Positions 56,925 through 64,000 of a DNA stretch of 64,000 nucleotides are shown here, piece after piece (positions within the stretch are counted from its first letter, which is position 1; every line of letters begins with the position of its first letter). A program made the position numbers and the translations under genes. This DNA comes from an uncultured Christensenella sp. (GTDB lineage: Bacteria; Bacillota; Clostridia; Christensenellales; UBA1242). The stretch lies in contig CATKZB010000004.1 in the NCBI GenBank assembly GCA_949841595.1, forward strand, positions 10,587 to 74,586. Reading direction: 5' to 3'. The notes beneath the pieces are model-generated. The model did not search any database, was not told the DNA's origin, and saw nothing but the letters and a program-made list of their open reading frames with translations.

Positions 56925-57764
56925 TTATTTTGTTAAATCACTCCAAGCATTGAAAATTTCATAAGTGTTTGCCTTAACTGTGATTGTTATCAATCTTTCT
57001 TTTGTTCCCACTTTGTTTCCATTTTCATCAAAATCTGGATAATTCACAACCACATAAACTTCAGTTCTTTGAAAACCTGAGGTGTTGTTTACCACAACAT
57101 AAACATCAGTAAAAGTCAATTTTCCATCAGCCCATTTTGAATTGCTGTAATTTGAAACATAAGCTTTTCCATTTTGATGTGTAAACACTTGCTCTTTCGC
57201 ATATCTCAAACGAACATAATAGGTGTTGTTTGAAATGAGTTCTCCACTTGTCCCCAAAACTTTGTTGACATCTTCATATTTTTCTTCAATATCATAAGAA
57301 TACAAACTTCCACTGAAAATTGCTGAGATATAAGATTGACTGAAAGATTTGTCATAATATTTCATAAATTCTTTATATCCATCTTCCCCTTGAGTATAAG
57401 ACACTCCATTTGTAGTACCTGGGAAAAGTGCCACACTTGCAAACCCACTGTCAACACATCTTGGCTTTAAACTTACTGGCACTGCAGCCAAAACAATAAC
57501 AACAACAGCAAGCACAAAAGCAAAGCACATACCAACAAATGTTGCCATTTTTTTGTTCTGTTTTCTTTTCAGAAGTTTTTCTGTTTGAATCTTTGCATAA
57601 AGTTCATCTTCAGAAAGTTCTTCTTCGTTAACAGTTTCCTTTTTAATTTTGGATTTAACTTCTTTCTTTTCTGAAATCACTTCTTTCACTGAAGCTTCTT
57701 CAGAATTTTGAGTTTCTCCTTCATTGGAAACAATTTCTTGTTCAAGATTTTCTTTATTTTCCAT
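56925..57764 (-). CDS. hypothetical single-pass membrane protein, coupled to ftsH
   Basis: Acidic N-terminus, TM helix (MATFVGMCFAFVLAVVVIVLAAV), extracytoplasmic domain. Its ATG overlaps the ftsH stop (TAATG). Confidence 0.5.
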   Translation of the reverse strand: MENKENLEQEIVSNEGETQNSEEASVKEVISEKKEVKSKIKKETVNEEELSEDELYAKIQTEKLLKRKQNKKMATFVGMCFAFVLAVVVIVLAAVPVSLKPRCVDSGFASVALFPGTTNGVSYTQGEDGYKEFMKYYDKSFSQSYISAIFSGSLYSYDIEEKYEDVNKVLGTSGELISNNTYYVRLRYAKEQVFTHQNGKAYVSNYSNSKWADGKLTFTDVYVVVNNTSGFQRTEVYVVVNYPDFDENGNKVGTKERLITITVKANTYEIFNAWSDLTK

Positions 57765-60052
57765 TAAACTTCCTCATCGTTTTTATCTGATTTCTTTTTA
57801 GTTGTTTTTTTAGGTTCTTCTTTAGAATTTGAAGCCACTTTTTTTGTTGTTTTAGGTTTTGATGTGGTTGTTTTTGCTCCTGTTTTTGTTTCAACTTTCA
57901 CAGGTTTCTCATCTTTTTCAACAACTTCCTTTTTCGCCTCATTAGATGTTTTTTCTGATTTTTCATCTTTTTCTATTGCTTTATCCAAAGCTTTCTTGAA
58001 ATCTTCATATTCTTTCTTCAAATTGTCAAGTTCTTCTTGAGAGATGATTCTCATTCTCACCAAGTTTTCCCCTTCTGCAATTTTTTTCTTGAAATTTTCA
58101 AGTTGTTCGATTCTGCTTTTTTCAGCCCTAATTCTTGCTTCTTTTTGTTTTTGTTTTTTCTCTTTTTCTTCCATGAATGACACGATTTCTTCTGTCTTTT
58201 TGCCAGCCATAACCATGTCAACTTCTTCTTTATATAATGTTTCTCTTGCAAGCAAAAGTTTTGCCATTTCATGCAATATTTCAATCTTTTCAGTCAAAAC
58301 ATCTTTTGCACGCTTATAATTGGAATTCAATATAGACATGATTTCATCATCTGCCACACCAGCCAGTTTTTCAGAAAAATCATTTTTAGATTGATAATCT
58401 CTTCCGATAAACACAGTGCTTGATGCACCAAGTGCCAAGAAACCAATTTTCTTGCTCATTCCCCAGTCATACACCATAGCCCTTGCAAGTTTTGTTGCAT
58501 GCTGAATGTCAGAAGATGCCCCACTTGTGATATCTTTGAAAATAATTTCTTCAGCAACTCTTCCACCCATTGTCATAGCAATTGTATCATTTGCTTTGTT
58601 GTAAGACATGGTCATATCATCATTTTCTGGTCTGCTCATTGTGTAACCACCAGCATTACCACGAGGAATGATAGAAACTTCTTGCACATCTTCACAGTTT
58701 TTCAAACTCTTTGCAATGATTGTGTGACCAGCTTCATGATAAGCAGTAAGTTTTCTTTCTTTTTCAGTAAGAATTCTGCTCTTCTTTTGAGGTCCCATAA
58801 TCACTTTGTTGATACCTTCTGTAATATCCTCCATAATGATCTTTGGTCTGCCAGCACGTGCAGCCAAAATTGCAGCTTCGTTGAGCATATTTTCAATATC
58901 TGCACCGGTGAAGCCTGTTGTAATTCTTGCAAGCACATTAAAGTCAATTGTTTCATCAAGAGGTTTGTTTCTTGCATGTATACGCAAAATTCCTTCTCTT
59001 CCTTTAACATCAGGGACATGAACATAAATTTGTCTGTCAAAACGACCTGGACGCATCAAAGCTGGGTCAAGAACATCACTTCTGTTTGTTGCAGCCAAAA
59101 CAATGATGCCTTCATTAGGTTCAAATCCATCCATTTCCACCAACAATTGGTTTAATGTTTGTTCTCTTTCATCGTTTCCACCACCAAGGCCTGCGCCTCT
59201 TTGACGACCAACAGCGTCAATTTCATCAATAAACACAATACAAGGTTTGTTTTTCTTTGCTTGATCAAACAAATCTCTAACTCTTGAAGCACCAACGCCC
59301 ACAAACATTTCAACAAAGTCAGAACCACTTATTGAAATAAATGGCACTCTGCTTTCACCTGCAACAGCTCTTGCAAGCAAAGTTTTTCCAGTTCCTGGTT
59401 GACCAACAAGCAAAACACCTTTTGGAATTCTTGCTCCCAAATCGGTAAATTTTTTAGGATTTTTCAAAAACTCAACAACTTCTTGAAGTTCAGCTTTTTC
59501 TTCATCCATACCTGCGATATCTGAGAATTTAACTTTTGTCATTGAGTAAGACTTAACTTTTGTCTTTCCAAACGACATTGCGCCTTTATTTGAATTGGCA
59601 AGCATTCTATAAAGCATATAGAAAACAAAAATCGTAAATCCAATATATAAAACTGGCATAATAATGTTAAAAACATTTATTCCAGTTGGAGCATAGACAT
59701 ATGAAACACCATTTTGTTCACACAAAACTCTTATTTCTTTAATAAAATCATCTGCCCCAGATGTGTCATATTCGAAATAATAATCAGAATATTCTGGCAT
59801 TTGATTGCCTTTATATTTAGAGCCTTCGATTACAATATAACCTTTTCCGTTTTTATAGAAAACATATGCGGCCTGCTCTTTGCTGCCGTTCTCGCCAACA
59901 TAATCCCCAGCAACAATTTGTTTAACTTCATTTCCACTGAGTTTTTGACCATTGTTTCCAAAATCTACAAACAGAAGAGCAATTAAAAGAGCAACCACCA
60001 ATGCAACTATGACATAGGTTAATTTAAAGCCCCCTTGTTTTTTCTCATTCAT
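57764..60052 (-). CDS. ftsH: ATP-dependent zinc metalloprotease FtsH with long Lys/Glu-rich C-terminal extension
   Basis: Walker [12 protein letters not shown] region, zinc motif HEAGH; 762 aa. Confidence 0.95.
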   Translation of the reverse strand: MNEKKQGGFKLTYVIVALVVALLIALLFVDFGNNGQKLSGNEVKQIVAGDYVGENGSKEQAAYVFYKNGKGYIVIEGSKYKGNQMPEYSDYYFEYDTSGADDFIKEIRVLCEQNGVSYVYAPTGINVFNIIMPVLYIGFTIFVFYMLYRMLANSNKGAMSFGKTKVKSYSMTKVKFSDIAGMDEEKAELQEVVEFLKNPKKFTDLGARIPKGVLLVGQPGTGKTLLARAVAGESRVPFISISGSDFVEMFVGVGASRVRDLFDQAKKNKPCIVFIDEIDAVGRQRGAGLGGGNDEREQTLNQLLVEMDGFEPNEGIIVLAATNRSDVLDPALMRPGRFDRQIYVHVPDVKGREGILRIHARNKPLDETIDFNVLARITTGFTGADIENMLNEAAILAARAGRPKIIMEDITEGINKVIMGPQKKSRILTEKERKLTAYHEAGHTIIAKSLKNCEDVQEVSIIPRGNAGGYTMSRPENDDMTMSYNKANDTIAMTMGGRVAEEIIFKDITSGASSDIQHATKLARAMVYDWGMSKKIGFLALGASSTVFIGRDYQSKNDFSEKLAGVADDEIMSILNSNYKRAKDVLTEKIEILHEMAKLLLARETLYKEEVDMVMAGKKTEEIVSFMEEKEKKQKQKEARIRAEKSRIEQLENFKKKIAEGENLVRMRIISQEELDNLKKEYEDFKKALDKAIEKDEKSEKTSNEAKKEVVEKDEKPVKVETKTGAKTTTSKPKTTKKVASNSKEEPKKTTKKKSDKNDEEV

Positions 60053-60191
60053 ATAAACTCCTTATTGACCTTTAAGTCATATAATATACGCAAGTATTTT
60101 ATCATAAAGAAAAAAATAACACAACAAAACAAGGACATTTATTAAAAAATTATGTCAAAAATTCCATAATAAAACAGAAAACAAAATTATA

Positions 60192-61463
60192 TTATTTAGA
60201 CAAGATATCCACGCCAATTTTAAAAACAATTCGATTTAAATAATCTTCTCTGTCTTCAAGACTGTCAAGAAAATTGTTAAAAGCTTTTTTATCAGAGTTG
60301 TGCATAAATGTGTAAAAATCCACAATATCCGTTTGATTATCTCTCATAATTCCAATTGCATCTGCAACTGAACGTCTTATTTTGTTTTCAAGAGCATTAA
60401 TACACTTTTGATCAACCACAAAAAACTCTACATTCTTTTCAACCATGCCATCCCCATTTTCCACTTCAGACAATGCCAAAGTCATCTGAGCATTAATATA
60501 AAAAATCGGAGTTCCATTTTCATACTTAACTTTATATTGAACACTTTTATCAAAAATCTCAAAAATCAGATTTGCATGATCAAAAATTTTATCGGTATAA
60601 TCTTTCACCTCAATTGAACCTGTTGTATAATCCCCTCTAACAAGGTTGATTTTTTTCATATCAAAACCTGTGAGCATAGTTTTCAATTTTCCATCTTTAA
60701 AAATCAAAGTGTCGCCACTGTTTACAATTTCTTCATTTTGGCCACTTGTTGTGCTGGAATTTTGTCCTCCACCATTGCTTGACTCTTGTCCACCACTTTG
60801 TTCTCCACCACTGGCAACAGAAATTCCACCTTCAGTATCATTGATTGTTAAAAAAGGCACAAGACTAACTTTTGTAGGCCCAAACATACCTTTAAAAAAG
60901 GTTTCAAAAGAAGAATCAGAAGAATAAATGTAGTTGGTGTTGAAATTTATCACTTCACTAACTTTGATAGAGCTTTCACTGTTCAATTTTTGAACAGCGT
61001 TCAAAAAATCTTTAGCTTTTGAATCGGTCGCCAAAAGTTTTGTGCTGGCAGCCATGTTTTTGCTTCTTGACAAATAATCCAAAAATTTTGAAACATCATC
61101 TTTTAAAAGATCTGTATTCATTATCACTGATTTTACATGTGACAGTCCAATTTCTCTTCCGATATGGAGTCCTGCCAAATCCATTGCTTCTGAAATGCTT
61201 CTGCCTTGCGCAGAGATAACTTTGTATGTCTCAGTAAATGTCTGTTCAGCAATTGGGATGAATGTCAATAACGAAACTTCAAACTTATTTTCAGGATTTT
61301 CTAAATTTTCCTCTTCCACATTATCAATTCCAATGGCAGTAACTACTGCATATCTGCTTAATTCTGCCTGCTTTCCAAGTGCTGGCAGAGCATAAATTAA
61401 TGTTATTAAAGCAAAAATCAAAAACATTGGGGTTTTAAAAAGATTAACAACAAAATGTTTCAT
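60192..61463 (-). CDS. Ger(x)C-family spore germination protein
   Basis: 423 aa, third gene of a gerA-type operon. Internal G/S/Q-rich linker. No obvious lipobox Cys. Confidence 0.7.
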   Translation of the reverse strand: MKHFVVNLFKTPMFLIFALITLIYALPALGKQAELSRYAVVTAIGIDNVEEENLENPENKFEVSLLTFIPIAEQTFTETYKVISAQGRSISEAMDLAGLHIGREIGLSHVKSVIMNTDLLKDDVSKFLDYLSRSKNMAASTKLLATDSKAKDFLNAVQKLNSESSIKVSEVINFNTNYIYSSDSSFETFFKGMFGPTKVSLVPFLTINDTEGGISVASGGEQSGGQESSNGGGQNSSTTSGQNEEIVNSGDTLIFKDGKLKTMLTGFDMKKINLVRGDYTTGSIEVKDYTDKIFDHANLIFEIFDKSVQYKVKYENGTPIFYINAQMTLALSEVENGDGMVEKNVEFFVVDQKCINALENKIRRSVADAIGIMRDNQTDIVDFYTFMHNSDKKAFNNFLDSLEDREDYLNRIVFKIGVDILSK

Positions 61464-62578
61464 TTCTTACGCTCCTTTCGTCTTTTCTTTAAGAGCATCA
61501 CAACAACCAATGCAGGAATAAACACAAAAGAAATTATCGAAAAATAGGGCAATATTGTTTCACCATAAATCACACCTTTGCTCAAATTTAAAACAACATA
61601 ATTCACAGCGAGTACAAAAACAATATTAAAAGTGAGCACAGAATAGATATTGTCGATTTTACTAAAAATCACATGGAAAGATTCCATAAACCCTTTCAAA
61701 TATAGTGCCAATTGAAAATATGTCAATATAATAATAAGCACCATGGAAATAATGTCAATTCTTCCCAAACCTCCAAATTCTTTCACGTAACTCATAATTT
61801 CAAATATTGCAAATGGATGCATAAATGAAGTGTAAGTGTAAGATAAAATAAAAACAGTTGTGATTGTGACAACAAAAAGCATTGCTATCCCAGCAAAAGA
61901 AAAAACTATTTTCCATTGCCCTTTTTGTATTTTGATTTTGTCCATAAAAATAAACAAGAAGATGCTGTCGCCAAATGCTGAAATATGTTTCAAACATGAT
62001 CTGAAAACATCATTGATTGAAGCTTGATATAATAAAGGACTGCTGTTTATGCCAAAAAATCCAATACATATGCAAAACAAAGAAATAAAAATTATCACAG
62101 GAAAAAAGAGTTGAGCCGTTCTGCCAATCACTCTCAGACCTATTATAGCCAAATGGTTGACCACAGGCAAAAAGCAAAATAAAAACAAAATATTCCCCGA
62201 ATCTTTATAGATCATATTTCTAAAGAAAATATAAGTAACATTATACAAAAGCAAAGCTTTGCAGAAGAAAAAGACTAAGATCAACACATAAAGGCTGTAA
62301 GTTACAAATTTGCCGTAATGATTTTTTAAAATGTCAGAAAATCTCTCGCTTGGATATTTGGTTTTTATTCTATAAAACAGAAAAATCAAACCCAATTCAA
62401 GAACAAACAAAAAAATAGGCACCAAAAAAGCTTCCAGCTTTGCATCTTCATAAAGCAAAGATGGCAGAATCAAAATTTTGTTGGCAAAGAGCAAAATAAA
62501 CAAAATAATTCCGGTTTGCCATGCTGTGATACTTCTATCGAGAACTTTCATCCATTCTTTCCTTATTTTCATTTTCAA
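61460..62578 (-). CDS. Ger(x)B-family spore germination membrane protein (APC-like permease)
   Basis: ~10 hydrophobic helices, middle gene of the operon. The start is uncertain; the ORF overlaps the gerA-like gene by 44 nt and MKVLDRS is an alternative start. Confidence 0.7.
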   Translation of the reverse strand: MKMKIRKEWMKVLDRSITAWQTGIILFILLFANKILILPSLLYEDAKLEAFLVPIFLFVLELGLIFLFYRIKTKYPSERFSDILKNHYGKFVTYSLYVLILVFFFCKALLLYNVTYIFFRNMIYKDSGNILFLFCFLPVVNHLAIIGLRVIGRTAQLFFPVIIFISLFCICIGFFGINSSPLLYQASINDVFRSCLKHISAFGDSIFLFIFMDKIKIQKGQWKIVFSFAGIAMLFVVTITTVFILSYTYTSFMHPFAIFEIMSYVKEFGGLGRIDIISMVLIIILTYFQLALYLKGFMESFHVIFSKIDNIYSVLTFNIVFVLAVNYVVLNLSKGVIYGETILPYFSIISFVFIPALVVVMLLKKRRKERKK

Positions 62579-63962
62579 ACGACTTCGGCCGTTCCGTCAT
62601 TTCACTTAGAGGGACTTTAAATAAACCATCTTTATTGTCAGATAAAATAAATGGTGAAAAAGGTGCAAGATATGGAGCTCCATAATTTTCTATTGAATTT
62701 GCATATGCAAGCAAATAGATACATCCACCTATCAACCCCAACAATCCAACAGCAGCACCCAAAACTAAAAACACAAATTGAAAAATATTTACTTGAGCAG
62801 ATTGTTCTGGCACAGTATAGAGTGCAATTTTTGCAATAGCAACCACAATAACTGTTGGTGGTGAAATTAAGCCAGCCTTAACACCGGTATCACCAAGGAT
62901 TAAAGCTCCAACAATGGAAGTTGCAAGCCCCAAATAACTTGGTAGTCGCAAACTGACTTCATATAAAATCTGAAACAGCAGCAAAATAAAAAGAATTTCA
63001 ATAAAAGGAGTGAAAGGCACTTGTTGAGTGGTATCTGCAATAGTAATCAAATATTTTATAGGCAAAATATTATAATGAAAAAGTTGCAGAGCAATGTAAG
63101 CACCCGGACCTAAAACAGAAATAAAAATTCCCATCAGTCTTATGAATCTGATAAAAGTGGAATATATGTAATTAATGTAATAATCATTGCTGTTTTGCAA
63201 ATCTTCCAAAAACACAAAAGGGATTGTTAAAACAATTGGAGAATTGTCAACAATTATTGCCACACGACCTTCCAACATTTTGGCTGCAATAATGTCTGGT
63301 TTTTCTGCACAACCAACTTGTTTTAACACTGAGTTTGGTCTGGATGCCAAAAGTGACAAAAGGTAATAAGAATCCACGACCCCATCTATTTTGATTTTTG
63401 AAATTTTTTTCTTGATTTCTTTGACAATCTTTTCATCAGCAATTCCGTCCAAATATGCAATCACAACTTGTGTTTTTGTTGTGTCACCTACTGTTGCTTC
63501 TTTAAAAACAAGTTGATCGCTATAAAATCTTCTTCTTATCAAAGTCATATTTGTCTTCAAATCTTCAGTAAAACCTTCTCTAGGTCCCATAATAACTGGA
63601 GAAGTTGGTGGTTCTGATGGTGCTCTAGTGTTGTAATTTAAAATATCAATAGCCAAAAATTCTTCGCTGTTTGAGAGCATCACCACAACAGAACCTTTAA
63701 GAATCTTATCAATGATTTCTTTTTCTTCAACTTTAGAAACATCATTGGCTTTAACAATTTGTTCCAAGATTTCAAAATTTATTTGCCCATCAAAATTTGA
63801 AACTGGTTCAAAAATTGCTTGAGAAAAAATCAGATTGTCTGTGATGCTTTTCAAATATATAAAACCAACATCGACACCATTTTTTTTGATCACTCTGTTG
63901 GCAACATCAATCGAATTATGAAGTTTTTTTGTCAAACTTTTAATTTTATTTTCAACCTTCAT
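62535..63962 (-). CDS. Ger(x)A-family spore germination protein
   Basis: 475 aa. The EPPTSPVIMGPREGFTEDLKTNMTLIRRR block is typical of GerAA/GerKA, with C-terminal TM helices. Confidence 0.8.
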   Translation of the reverse strand: MKVENKIKSLTKKLHNSIDVANRVIKKNGVDVGFIYLKSITDNLIFSQAIFEPVSNFDGQINFEILEQIVKANDVSKVEEKEIIDKILKGSVVVMLSNSEEFLAIDILNYNTRAPSEPPTSPVIMGPREGFTEDLKTNMTLIRRRFYSDQLVFKEATVGDTTKTQVVIAYLDGIADEKIVKEIKKKISKIKIDGVVDSYYLLSLLASRPNSVLKQVGCAEKPDIIAAKMLEGRVAIIVDNSPIVLTIPFVFLEDLQNSNDYYINYIYSTFIRFIRLMGIFISVLGPGAYIALQLFHYNILPIKYLITIADTTQQVPFTPFIEILFILLLFQILYEVSLRLPSYLGLATSIVGALILGDTGVKAGLISPPTVIVVAIAKIALYTVPEQSAQVNIFQFVFLVLGAAVGLLGLIGGCIYLLAYANSIENYGAPYLAPFSPFILSDNKDGLFKVPLSEMTERPKSFENENKERMDESSR

Positions 63963-64000
63963 TATTTCTATCCTTTGAAGGTAGTATAAACAAAAAAAAC

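Noticed and set aside
58499-59155. 218-aa plus-strand ORF
   Set aside because: It is antisense to the highly conserved AAA+ and protease core of ftsH.

Overview
AT-rich chromosomal segment from an endospore-forming Bacillota (Clostridia-like) bacterium; spoIIAA-spoIIAB-sigF and a gerA-type germinant receptor operon are present. Most genes are housekeeping: addAB, recO, a T-box-controlled aspS-asnS operon, phosphoketolase, a 16S rRNA gene with its own terminator and no 23S/5S nearby, a six-tRNA cluster, rplJL and ftsH. The main accessory feature is a ~10 kb integrative mobilizable element at 31938..41967, encoding a tyrosine integrase, excisionase, relaxase and a MobC-like protein. It sits in the anticodon loop of a tRNA-Ile(GAU) gene. 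The two displaced tRNA halves carry a compensatory acceptor-stem variant. The element carries its own intact tRNA-Ile behind the host tRNA promoter, plus a 4-gene cargo operon of unknown role (two alpha/beta hydrolases, a Sel1-repeat protein, a RimK-type ATP-grasp ligase). Other oddities: a tandem-fused double cytidylate kinase, a membrane coiled-coil protein with five AT-hook motifs, a Cys-rich BclA-C-terminal-like protein, a bacterial ankyrin-repeat protein, adjacent AAC and GAC codons in the T-box specifier region, and four genes whose -10 hexamer lies exactly 6 nt from the ATG (predicted leaderless mRNAs). No CRISPR array or recognisable defence system was seen. All calls come from reading the sequence and the ORF translations; no database search was run.
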